This document shows, in pieces, positions 16,433-24,478 of a DNA stretch of 26,173 bases. Origin of the DNA: a virus (taxonomy: Duplodnaviria; Caudoviricetes). Position numbers and translations under genes: made by a program. Each line of letters begins with the position of its first letter. Positions within the stretch are counted from its first letter, which is position 1. The notes under the pieces are model-generated. The model saw only the letters and a list, made by a program, of their open reading frames with translations. It was not told where the DNA came from and searched no databases. The stretch covers positions 1-26,173 of IMG/VR virus record IMGVR_UViG_3300042507_002465, one strand, 5' to 3'.

Positions 16433-17062
16433 TTATCCGAATGTGCAAAATAGTGTAAAATCTATGGTCTGCCCTGCGTTAAATCGCTTCACAATCTCGA
16501 ACCAGTGCTTATCAGGTACAACCTGACACCCTGCTGACCACTTATTAACCCAGTCACCAAGCCCGGCACGGTGAAAGTTGATGCCAAACAACCCGAATTG
16601 CGTCACCTTTTGGTCAAGTTGCCTGTCTTTTGTACCATCCCGGTAGATGGTTATAGGCAAAATCTGCTGAAAATAAGGCGCACCAAGCCACAAATTAGAC
16701 CATTTTGCACCCGTTACAAAGCGGTGTGAACCGACAACCTGCTGTTCAGTGGCTACTGCTGTGCCATTTATCCCACCAACGGTGAGAGGATTGTATACAT
16801 AGAAGTCACCTGCGGTGGTGGAAGCCGGGCAAACATAGACAATTTGGCCGTATTTGTAGACTACGCAGTAATCTTCGAACTTGTTTGTCAGCTTGTCATC
16901 GGTTCGCAGCCACACAATGCCGTGATATTGCGGAAGCCATTTGCGTTTTTTCAGCTCATTGGCTATGTAGTTGCTCAATGCTTCGGTAGATTTCGGGCCA
17001 ATAACCCCATCAGCTTTCAGGTTTGCCCCGTTTTTGTTCAGTAGTTCTTGTAGCTTTATCAT
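16433..17062 (-). CDS. Putative endolysin: peptidoglycan-binding N-terminus plus L,D-transpeptidase-like catalytic domain
   Basis: 'LQELLN...L.ADGVIGPKS..AL' PG-binding motif; 'GINFHRAG...WSAGCQV' His/Cys motif; start at 17062 by ATGA overlap. Confidence 0.75.
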   Translation of the reverse strand: MIKLQELLNKNGANLKADGVIGPKSTEALSNYIANELKKRKWLPQYHGIVWLRTDDKLTNKFEDYCVVYKYGQIVYVCPASTTAGDFYVYNPLTVGGINGTAVATEQQVVGSHRFVTGAKWSNLWLGAPYFQQILPITIYRDGTKDRQLDQKVTQFGLFGINFHRAGLGDWVNKWSAGCQVVPDKHWFEIVKRFNAGQTIDFTLFCTFG

Positions 17063-17565
17063 TTGGCTATGAATAATAATGATGATAAGATTGCGATATT
17101 TCGCCACGCATTTCGTTTCCTACGCATTTTATTGTTATCTGTGGCACATTGTACCATAAGTTCTTTTTGAGTGGCTGTAATGGCTTCTAAATGCGTTATC
17201 GCACTATCCTGTAATTTTATCACTTGCTCTTGGCTGTAAATTACCACGCTATCATCGGATATAATCTCCCAGCATAGGCGGTTTTCGTCAATCAGGGCGG
17301 CAAGTTTTATCGTGTCCTGTTGAAGTTCGGTAATGGTCAGCGTATCGTGGACATATTTTGTCCTAATTTCACGTATGCGTTTAACCTTTTCAGGGCGGTT
17401 GATCAGCAGCACAGCATATTCGTTTTTGATGCTGTCAATTTCGGCTTTCAGCGAGTCAATTAGTCCTGTGTCTGCTTGTGGTTTTTGTTGTGTCGGGCAA
17501 TGCCCAAAGACAAGCACAATGCCAAGTACACCACAAAGCACAAAAAGCCAATCACTTCGTTTCAT
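17059..17565 (-). CDS. Putative spanin
   Basis: N-terminal hydrophobic signal ending in Cys, coiled coil, C-terminal hydrophobic tail; within the lysis cassette. Confidence 0.55.
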   Translation of the reverse strand: MKRSDWLFVLCGVLGIVLVFGHCPTQQKPQADTGLIDSLKAEIDSIKNEYAVLLINRPEKVKRIREIRTKYVHDTLTITELQQDTIKLAALIDENRLCWEIISDDSVVIYSQEQVIKLQDSAITHLEAITATQKELMVQCATDNNKMRRKRNAWRNIAILSSLLFIAK

Positions 17566-17740
17566 CCTCCGCGAAAAAATTGGTCACGAATTTACCCACC
17601 GCACCGCATACACCTGAAATCAGCATCAACTTGGGATGGTCAAGGTTAAGCCCGGCAACGAACAAAGATGCAGCGGCAATGCTGTCACCCAAAACCCTGA
17701 AACGCTTGGGGGTAGGTTTGAAATATCCTTTTAATTTCAT
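17552..17740 (-). CDS. Putative holin
   Basis: MKLKGYFKPTPKRFRVLG... with two hydrophobic segments; start at 17740 by ATGA overlap. Confidence 0.55.
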   Translation of the reverse strand: MKLKGYFKPTPKRFRVLGDSIAAASLFVAGLNLDHPKLMLISGVCGAVGKFVTNFFAEDETK

Positions 17741-17856
17741 CTGCCTTGTCCTCTGTATGGTTTTGCTGACTTGTGTTTGTTCGCTGACTTCGTGTGTCTG
17801 CCCAGTTTCCGTTTGCTTTTCGGTTGCCATTTGGTTATCTCCTTACTTTTTGCCAT
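17737..17856 (-). CDS. 39-aa basic peptide ending YRGQGR
   Basis: MAKSKEITKWQPKSKRKLGRHTKSANKHKSAKPYRGQGR; overlaps both neighbours; not in the ORF track. Confidence 0.75.
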   Translation of the reverse strand: MAKSKEITKWQPKSKRKLGRHTKSANKHKSAKPYRGQGR

Positions 17857-18001
17857 ACTTGAAAAACTTATAGATGCCGATGCATGATAAAACAAGGGCA
17901 GCGGTGAAAGACAGGAATTGAATAAGTGGAAGCAGTTTTGCAGCAGCCCCGGCCAACCATAACAGCCAACTACCTACGATGGTTTCAGTTTCGTGTTTCA
18001 T
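17843..18001 (-). CDS. 52-aa membrane protein (holin/antiholin candidate)
   Basis: MKHETETIVGSWLLWLAGAAAKLLPLIQFLSFTAALVLSCIGIYKFFKYGKK; ATGA overlap; not in the ORF track. Confidence 0.7.
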   Translation of the reverse strand: MKHETETIVGSWLLWLAGAAAKLLPLIQFLSFTAALVLSCIGIYKFFKYGKK

Positions 18002-18249
18002 GGAAATGGCGGTGATGGTTTAGGATTGTAGGGAATAAGCGGCAAATTCTGCACCCACATAAAATCAGGGTTTACGCACTGGGCAATTTCTTCAACCGAA
18101 ATAACCCAATCATCCCACGCATCCTGAATGGGGTTAAAGTAGCTGTCAGGCATATACCATTGGCCGATGAGTAAATCTTTGTCAGTTTCAGTCAACATCC
18201 CAACATAAAGGGCATAATCTTCGGGTGCTATTTCGGATAATTTAATCAT
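17998..18249 (-). CDS. Conserved hypothetical protein, partner of the upstream fibre-like gene
   Basis: 'GQ.Y..DSYFNPIQDA...WVIS.EE' and a Pro-rich C-terminus. Confidence 0.8.
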   Translation of the reverse strand: MIKLSEIAPEDYALYVGMLTETDKDLLIGQWYMPDSYFNPIQDAWDDWVISVEEIAQCVNPDFMWVQNLPLIPYNPKPSPPFP

Positions 18250-19040
18250 TACACTTGGCGATTTAATGTGGTTTGGTATGCTTGAACTGCGGTATAAAGG
18301 TTTGATGCTTCGGTGTCGGTTAGGCCGTCACCGATGGAAGCAAATGCTAATTGACGGTTTGAATAATTACTAATAGGTGTTGTTATTACTGCACCTAATG
18401 TAAAATTATTATTACATTTTGAAACTGAATTTGAAGATACAGTATATTTAATAGAATTTTTATAAACAAATACTTGTGTGTTATTTATTCTATTTGCCAT
18501 AAAAAATCCTCTTGTATCATTATTTGAATTTGCTATTCCTGATGTTCCTTGAACTCTACCATATATATTGCCTCCAAAGTTTGGATAAATATTTGTTTCA
18601 GTTCCAGAACCAACTGCACTTATATCAGCACTGTTTGTATTATTATTTGTTCTTGAATAAAATGATAAATGTTCATTATTTAATGTCATAATATTATTTT
18701 CATTCAATTTAGTATCAGCATAACCATTTGTTCCATTTGGAAGCCATCCGGTTGAGCTATGCGTAGAACCACCTGAAAATACCAATCTAAACGCAGCATC
18801 CAAGTCCCGTGCGTCTTTCAAATTCCATTTGTGGCTCGATGCCGTTCCTCCACAAAAAGGATAGATGGCTTTCATCTTTGTCCAAATACCATAACCTTTC
18901 AAGTCGGTTACCAAATTATTGATAGCTAATTTTTGTGTTTCATTAGTTATTTCAGCAGCATTGACAAAAGCCAAAGCATCGGCATCCGATGGCGTATATG
19001 GCCCACCTGCTACAAATGACCGAACACCAATCCTTATCAT
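18249..19040 (-). CDS. Putative virion fibre/receptor-binding protein (lectin/LamG-like beta domain)
   Basis: 'DADALAFVNAA.IT', 'LK.YGIWTKMKAIYPF.GG', Asn/Ser/Thr-rich centre, 'AFASIGDGLT..E'. Confidence 0.6.
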   Translation of the reverse strand: MIRIGVRSFVAGGPYTPSDADALAFVNAAEITNETQKLAINNLVTDLKGYGIWTKMKAIYPFCGGTASSHKWNLKDARDLDAAFRLVFSGGSTHSSTGWLPNGTNGYADTKLNENNIMTLNNEHLSFYSRTNNNTNSADISAVGSGTETNIYPNFGGNIYGRVQGTSGIANSNNDTRGFFMANRINNTQVFVYKNSIKYTVSSNSVSKCNNNFTLGAVITTPISNYSNRQLAFASIGDGLTDTEASNLYTAVQAYQTTLNRQV

Positions 19041-19306
19041 ACGTTATACGCTACGATGCTTCCGCTTGTCAGGGTTATGCTGCTGAACCAATCACCTTCG
19101 GAAATCGAAATAAACGTGCCTTGTTTCAGGGTTACACCTGTCAATCCGAGGGTTGTCATTACACTGCTACCTGCTTTGTCAAGGGCTGCGGAAACAACCG
19201 CATCTGCGTTTACTACAAAACCCTGCCAACGGCCGGTGTTTGCGCCTGTTCCTGAAAGGACTTTGCAGCCAGTGAAGCCGCTCATAAATTCTGTTGCTGT
19301 ACTCAT
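19037..19306 (-). CDS. Small virion structural protein
   Basis: 89 aa, Gly/Ser/Thr-rich, ends 'SITLTSGSIVAY'. Confidence 0.65.
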   Translation of the reverse strand: MSTATEFMSGFTGCKVLSGTGANTGRWQGFVVNADAVVSAALDKAGSSVMTTLGLTGVTLKQGTFISISEGDWFSSITLTSGSIVAYNV

Positions 19307-19307
19307 T

Positions 19308-19772
19308 TTATTCTATTGTTGGGAATGTTAAATTGTTATTGGGGGTGTCGCAGTAATCTCTCAAATTTGGACAATGGTATTCGATAACGGCTGCAACTCC
19401 GCTAACGATGTCCGTTTGGGCGTCATAAAAAGGGGTAATGCTGTCATTTATTACCCATGTTCCTGCTATGTTGTTTCGGTACACATAACGCAGCATGGAG
19501 TAAATGTCCAACATCACCGTGTGCATATCTGAAATCCTCTCCACCGCATCGGTGAAATCCTCACGATGTCTGTCAGCAATGGCAACCGCAAAGCGATAAA
19601 TCACTTTGTCAACGGTCACCTGACTGCCATCAGGAAAAATCCGCATTAACGGATAAAGCTGCTCACCGCTTGTATTGATGTTTGGCTCAATATTTACGAT
19701 GGTGGACTTTATCTGCTTGTGATTGTTCCCGGCTGTTTCCAGTGCTTCCAGCAGTTGATTTATTGTTACCAT
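19308..19772 (-). CDS. Putative tail terminator/head-tail joining protein
   Basis: 154 aa; 'YPLM.I.P' and 'TPFYD...D.V.G' pattern; follows the adaptor gene. Confidence 0.55.
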   Translation of the reverse strand: MVTINQLLEALETAGNNHKQIKSTIVNIEPNINTSGEQLYPLMRIFPDGSQVTVDKVIYRFAVAIADRHREDFTDAVERISDMHTVMLDIYSMLRYVYRNNIAGTWVINDSITPFYDAQTDIVSGVAAVIEYHCPNLRDYCDTPNNNLTFPTIE

Positions 19773-19817
19773 TGAGATAGAGTTTCAGTTTGTTTTCGTT
19801 TTTCGTTCTTACTTTAT

Positions 19818-20369
19818 TCATGAGAAAAATCCACGCAGGAATTTATAGTCATCATCTTCACCCAAGTAAAAACCACCAAATAAATATTGGTTCTGTGGGT
19901 TAATCACATCCAAGCCACTTGCAGGGTTTTGGTATTCGGGGAAAAGTGTATCATTTTCTGCCAAGTACAAACGCAATCTTTCTGCGTAGTATTCTGCCTT
20001 GTTTTGGTAACGCTGCTCAATCATGCGAAGCTGGTCAACATCCACCGCATTTGCATTTTCTGCTCCACGACTTGCCGCTGACTTATTCATCATTTTGTAG
20101 GTCAATGGAAGCATTGAGTCCAAAATCACATAATGATACAGACAAGGTGCAACGTATTTGTTGACCAATGTCAGGTAATTACCACCAAGCCCAGCACCAT
20201 TGATGTCATCACAAATCTTGTCATATAGGGTACTGCCCAAAATATCACGGATGTACACATCCTGTGCTGTGCGCATGGCAGTTTGAAGCAACTTGCTATC
20301 GACATTCTCATCGATAGGGGTGTTCTTCTTTACATCCTGCTCACTTACGAAATATGCGAAATTAGCCAT
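19818..20369 (-). CDS. Putative head-tail adaptor (DUF6712-like)
   Basis: 'NVD...L......AQD.YI..ILG..LY.KI', 'AE.Y..RL..YL.....FPEY'; directly after the portal. Confidence 0.65.
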   Translation of the reverse strand: MANFAYFVSEQDVKKNTPIDENVDSKLLQTAMRTAQDVYIRDILGSTLYDKICDDINGAGLGGNYLTLVNKYVAPCLYHYVILDSMLPLTYKMMNKSAASRGAENANAVDVDQLRMIEQRYQNKAEYYAERLRLYLAENDTLFPEYQNPASGLDVINPQNQYLFGGFYLGEDDDYKFLRGFFS

Positions 20370-22113
20370 TGTTTCTTCTCCTTACTATTCTTTGTTTCCA
20401 TTCGTGACGACAATGCGGAATATGCAAAGGTGGTTCGCTTTCAGGCACGGTGTACCACCCACCCCTGCGAAGCCATACGCTATAACCTAAAATTGCAGAC
20501 ATCTGGTCGATTTCTTCACGGGTGTAAAGTTTGCCCATGTCCACCATACGAAGGCAAAACTCACGACTTTTTCCACCGGGTTGCAATGGCAACGCATCGG
20601 GATCTAAATCGTATTTGTAACGCAGTTCAAGTTTAGGCAGTTCGGTATCAGCAATCTCACCCCGGCCAATGTCTGTAATTTTGATAGCGTTGTTTGTCCA
20701 ATTTATCTTTCCGCTGTCCTGCAACTGCTTCAAAATCTTGATAACTTCTTCTTCTCCTATTTTGGTGGCGGTAGAAATGTCTTTCAATGTGGCTTTTTCA
20801 TCGGAATTTACAACAGCCAACACCCTCTTTTCTTTGGTGGTAAGTTCAAATGTAAGTTTCACTTCCTCAAATTCGCTTTCATCGGCCCCAAATTTGGCAA
20901 AAACTGACAAGTCATTATCCGACCATTTGTGAAATTCGCAAGTGTGACCGTCAAACTTTTGCGCCTGTATAGTTGTGTTTTGCAGTCCGAGTGCTTCACG
21001 TGCTTCCTCACGGCTTACAATGCCAAATTGATACAATGCAACGTAATCAACACCGAGAAAGTCGCTGTCTTTTGTATCTAATTCAATACCGGGGTAAACG
21101 TATTCAAGGGTGTTTTCAAGGCAAGTGTCAAGTTTTACTTGACGTTTGTTGACGTATGATTTGTGGAACAACTCGTATGCCTCAATCATTTCATTACGCT
21201 GACCGAGTGCGCCTTCGGTTGCGTAGCCGAGCAGAATTTTCGGAAAGTTATGGCCGATAAAGATTTCATCCTGCACCGTTTCATTCAGTTGCAGGAATTG
21301 CTTGTCCATGTCGGAAGGTTGCAGGTGTGCAATCTCCGCAGACTTTTCGTTCATCTCATTGAACTGAATAAGCACACCACCTGCGTTGTCTGTGCCGGTT
21401 GTTTTCTGTTTGAACTTGCGCTCAAAGTTAAAGGCAATTTCCTCTGTCGGTTGTCCTTTGAACAACTGAACCAGCGTTCCATTTGCAAACCCGTTGCGGA
21501 TGTTGTTATTGTGGAAATTGGCTATCTCAACATCGATTTCAATGTATTGTAAGCAATGCTGATAAGGTGGAAGCGGATAAACACCCAAGGCAGGTGCGTA
21601 TTCACGGAAGTAGAACAGCTGAACTTCCATTGGTTGCGCCTTGTTTGGATTAAACGGAGCATAGTGCTTCATATCCTCATGCTTCGCCTTTTTCCAATCC
21701 TCGGCATACATATACACTTCGTGGTCAAGTGTACGCACGTTGCTGAAATCTACGTGGTAAAGTGCAGAAATCTGCCCCACTTTGTTGTAATGTACCTCAT
21801 ACGCAAAGCCGTTGAACAATTCATAATCGAGAGCTAACTTATTTTTGAACTCCTGAATGCCCTCGTAAGGGTTCACGTAATCAATTACCTTAACTGCGCT
21901 AGGGTTGCCATCCACAAGTGTTTCTTCACCTGCTACAAAACGGGCTTTTTGCCTTACAATCGCCCCGTGTTTTGGGCTGCGGTTGTAAAATTCAAGTAAT
22001 GTATCGGGGAAATCGTTCTTTTCCCCATAGGTCACGATGCCTTTATTCTTGTTTTCCTTGAATTTGGGCAACTTTGACTCAGTGAAATTTATGCGTAGTA
22101 AATCGAAACTCAT
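20362..22113 (-). CDS. Portal protein with C-terminal wHTH and MuF-like extension
   Basis: 'YGEKNDFP..L...Y..SP.H.AI', 'D...F.GFA.EV', 'YPLP.Y', 'NNI.NGF', 'I..GH..P..LG' portal motifs; C-terminal SREFC...CRHEW. Confidence 0.85.
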   Translation of the reverse strand: MSFDLLRINFTESKLPKFKENKNKGIVTYGEKNDFPDTLLEFYNRSPKHGAIVRQKARFVAGEETLVDGNPSAVKVIDYVNPYEGIQEFKNKLALDYELFNGFAYEVHYNKVGQISALYHVDFSNVRTLDHEVYMYAEDWKKAKHEDMKHYAPFNPNKAQPMEVQLFYFREYAPALGVYPLPPYQHCLQYIEIDVEIANFHNNNIRNGFANGTLVQLFKGQPTEEIAFNFERKFKQKTTGTDNAGGVLIQFNEMNEKSAEIAHLQPSDMDKQFLQLNETVQDEIFIGHNFPKILLGYATEGALGQRNEMIEAYELFHKSYVNKRQVKLDTCLENTLEYVYPGIELDTKDSDFLGVDYVALYQFGIVSREEAREALGLQNTTIQAQKFDGHTCEFHKWSDNDLSVFAKFGADESEFEEVKLTFELTTKEKRVLAVVNSDEKATLKDISTATKIGEEEVIKILKQLQDSGKINWTNNAIKITDIGRGEIADTELPKLELRYKYDLDPDALPLQPGGKSREFCLRMVDMGKLYTREEIDQMSAILGYSVWLRRGGWYTVPESEPPLHIPHCRHEWKQRIVRRRNNG

Positions 22114-22487
22114 CCGATGTGGTGTTGTTTAATGGTTGTATTGACCTCATGGTCGTTAAATGCGGTATGCGATGCGGTAACATAGGCCAATCCCCTATCA
22201 ACTTCCTGCGATGCAAGTAATGGATTGGTATTCGTGGGGGAAGTTTGTGCGTATAAAGCCCAGTAATGTGTACCAACGGCCAATGTTTTTGCGGTGCTGC
22301 TGCCCTCTACAAATGAAAATAGCTGGTATCTGTTGGGTGCTGTGCTTGTATCGGTTACAATAAATGCCTTTTGTTCCTGGGACATTTCGGACTCAAACAC
22401 CAACAGATAATACACGGGAGAAACGGTCACCTTTTCTCTGCCTGTGATTATCAATTCGGGTGTTCCTGCTTTGGTTATGTACAGCAT
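22110..22487 (-). CDS. Virion structural protein (beta-rich, unknown function)
   Basis: 125 aa, preceded by the late motif and coupled to the portal gene. Confidence 0.65.
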   Translation of the reverse strand: MLYITKAGTPELIITGREKVTVSPVYYLLVFESEMSQEQKAFIVTDTSTAPNRYQLFSFVEGSSTAKTLAVGTHYWALYAQTSPTNTNPLLASQEVDRGLAYVTASHTAFNDHEVNTTIKQHHIG

Positions 22488-22522
22488 CCTACCTATATAA
22501 GTAGGTCGGTTTCATGTTAAAC

Positions 22523-22546
22523 AAAAAAGGCGGGTTTCCCCGCCTT
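22523..22546 (-). terminator. Rho-independent terminator
   Basis: Minus strand AAGGCGGG-GAAA-CCCGCC-TTTTTT. Confidence 0.85.
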
Positions 22547-22566
22547 CTCTTTCTTTTACTTTTTGA

Positions 22567-22809
22567 TTAGTGCCAGTTGGTTTGATTTGAAGAACCCCTG
22601 ACACCGCCATTGTAACATCTTGCAACCTTGTAATATGCAGTTCCGTAGTTTTTTGTTTTTGCATTTTCTGCTGCAATCTTTTTGGCTTCATTCAAATTTG
22701 AAGCATAAATGTAATCTAAAACTCTAACACCATCAGAGTATAAAACCATGTAGGTGTTGTTTTGCTCGGTTGTTTGTGTTTCGTTTTTCATGTTTTGCGT
22801 TTGTTTCAT
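22567..22809 (-). CDS. Moron-like accessory gene (80 aa)
   Basis: ATG 22809 lies 4 nt after a TACATTTG promoter element; has its own terminator; AT-rich. Confidence 0.75.
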   Translation of the reverse strand: MKQTQNMKNETQTTEQNNTYMVLYSDGVRVLDYIYASNLNEAKKIAAENAKTKNYGTAYYKVARCYNGGVRGSSNQTNWH

Positions 22810-22813
22810 GTAG

Positions 22814-22843
22814 CAAATGTAATATAAAAAATTATACTTGCAA
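22814..22843 (-). promoter_or_regulatory. Housekeeping-sigma promoter of the moron
   Basis: TTG-N19-TACATTTG, nearly identical to the promoter at 9018-9047. Confidence 0.85.
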
Positions 22844-22883
22844 GTGTTTTGTAAAAATATTTTTAATTTTTTTTTCAGCAAAC

Positions 22884-22910
22884 AAAAAAGGCCGCCAAAT
22901 GGCGACCCTT
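22884..22910 (-). terminator. Rho-independent terminator after the tail tube gene
   Basis: Minus strand GGTCGCC-ATTT-GGCGGCC-TTTTTT. Confidence 0.8.
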
Positions 22911-22935
22911 TCTGCATGAAAACACTATGAAAAAA

Positions 22936-23448
22936 TCAAAGACCCAGCGAAGTTACAACAGCGGCCTGAACTTTCAAAGGTAAATCTGTCTCTTTGTGGA
23001 GAAAATTTAATACATGACCTTTGAAGTCACCAAATGCCTGTCCGAAGTTGGTTTCACTCTGCTGCAATTGAACGCCATAGTCAGCACCTAACAGCCAATA
23101 GTCACCACTTGCATCAAGGGCAATGGCTAACATTCTGTTCTGTGCGAGAAGTTTAATCTCGTTGCGCTGTGCGGTGGTAACTTTGTGCAAACGTGCAACA
23201 AGGTCAGCTTCGTAAAACACGGTTCCGTTTTCAGTTGAAGGAATGGTGCGCCAAGTCATGGAGCCAGTTTCCTTTTCAAGCTCATATTTGAAGTAGCTTT
23301 TGCCACCACTCAAAGTGTGGGCAGAAACTTCGCCTGATGATTTGGTGAGAGTAGATTTAGCATCGAATTCCACGAGCCAAATATTTTTGATTCCGGCAGC
23401 AGCCGTCTTACAGTCAAGGGTAAAACCCGAAGTTAATTGACATGCCAT
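22936..23448 (-). CDS. Major tail (tube) protein
   Basis: 'MAC.LT.G...DC....GI..I', 'ENGTVFYE', 'D..G.YWL.G...G', 'G.AFGD..G'; follows the capsid gene. Confidence 0.65.
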   Translation of the reverse strand: MACQLTSGFTLDCKTAAAGIKNIWLVEFDAKSTLTKSSGEVSAHTLSGGKSYFKYELEKETGSMTWRTIPSTENGTVFYEADLVARLHKVTTAQRNEIKLLAQNRMLAIALDASGDYWLLGADYGVQLQQSETNFGQAFGDFKGHVLNFLHKETDLPLKVQAAVVTSLGL

Positions 23449-23465
23449 ATTATTTTTTTTAAATT

Positions 23466-23495
23466 AAAGGGGGGTAGGGTTTTTCCCCACCCCCC
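23466..23495 (-). terminator. Strong hairpin after the capsid gene (terminator/stabiliser)
   Basis: GGGGGGTGGGG-AAAAA-CCCTACCCCCC followed by TTTAATTT. Confidence 0.7.
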
Positions 23496-23525
23496 GGGTT
23501 AAACTTTCTCTAACTTATTGATATA

Positions 23526-24473
23526 TTAGAGTTTAAAATACACGATTTGGTCGCAGTACGCCAGCTGTACCCCGTATTTGAAGGCCGCGTGGAATTGAAC
23601 TCTCCGCTCAAATGGATTGAAAATGAAGGAATACTCACTTTGCTCATCGAAAAGGTCTGTACCCAAGAAGAAGTTAGACCACAGACCAGCAACGATTTTG
23701 TTCGTTCCGTTCATGCCATGCAGACCGTAAATCTTGATGCCAGTGATAGGGTCAACGATTTCCATCTCTGCGATTTCGTTTGCAGGGTAGTGGAACAGAT
23801 TAGCAGTTACCAGCCACTGACGATACAGGCGGAAGGTATCTGTACCCATAGCAATCATCAGGTCAGGTTTTCCAAGCAGTTCAGCAGGGATAACGCTGTA
23901 AATGGTAGTGATGATGTCATCAATGTTAGAAGCAGTTATTGAGCTGTAAGCACCACCCACGTTACCGCGAATAGGGTCACCTGCACCGCCGAAACCGAGG
24001 TCGTCAAGGATAGTCAAGAAACCATCCCAGTAAGCATTGTTTCCAGTTCCGCCAGTAGTATCACCCTGCCAAATAGCAGTTTCGATAGCTTCGGCAATTT
24101 TGGCAGCTTTTTCGTTTCCAATTTGCTCGGTGAATACACCCATGTCGATAGCTTCACCAGCGGCAAGAGCTTTCTGTGTGTATTTTGTTTCGAGGTCTTT
24201 GGGGCAAAGAGTCTCTTGAACTTTTACTTTTCCAACGGTCAGGGTGCGCTTTGACAGAGTAGTGTTGCCACTTGACTGATAAGAGCAGCTGTCGCTTTGG
24301 AAGTAAACATCGCTGTACAGCAGAGGCAGTATTTCAGCGGATTTAATGTTAGGAAGAACTTGACCAGCAGACTGCAACAAAGATGCAGTTTTAGCGGTGA
24401 ACATAGCTTTGGTCAGGAGCTGCAATGATTCTTCCTTGGTGTAATTCGATAGACCTGTTACGTCAAATGCCAT
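23526..24473 (-). CDS. Major capsid protein
   Basis: 315 aa after protease and scaffold; 'LCPKDL', 'E.AIWQGD', 'DGFL', 'GTDL..E' motifs. Confidence 0.85.
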   Translation of the reverse strand: MAFDVTGLSNYTKEESLQLLTKAMFTAKTASLLQSAGQVLPNIKSAEILPLLYSDVYFQSDSCSYQSSGNTTLSKRTLTVGKVKVQETLCPKDLETKYTQKALAAGEAIDMGVFTEQIGNEKAAKIAEAIETAIWQGDTTGGTGNNAYWDGFLTILDDLGFGGAGDPIRGNVGGAYSSITASNIDDIITTIYSVIPAELLGKPDLMIAMGTDTFRLYRQWLVTANLFHYPANEIAEMEIVDPITGIKIYGLHGMNGTNKIVAGLWSNFFLGTDLFDEQSEYSFIFNPFERRVQFHAAFKYGVQLAYCDQIVYFKL

Positions 24474-24478
24474 TTTAT

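Noticed and set aside
18249-19040. Diversity-generating retroelement target
   Set aside because: No template repeat or reverse transcriptase seen in the window; Asn codons are mostly AAT in AT-rich DNA.
19818-19835. -1 frameshift at the end of the adaptor gene (GGA TTT TTC)
   Set aside because: Not a proper X XXY YYZ heptamer, and any ATGA overlap gives a -1 relationship.
22810-22917. N-terminal extension of ORF 22567..22917
   Set aside because: It spans a terminator and a promoter; the real start is likely 22809.
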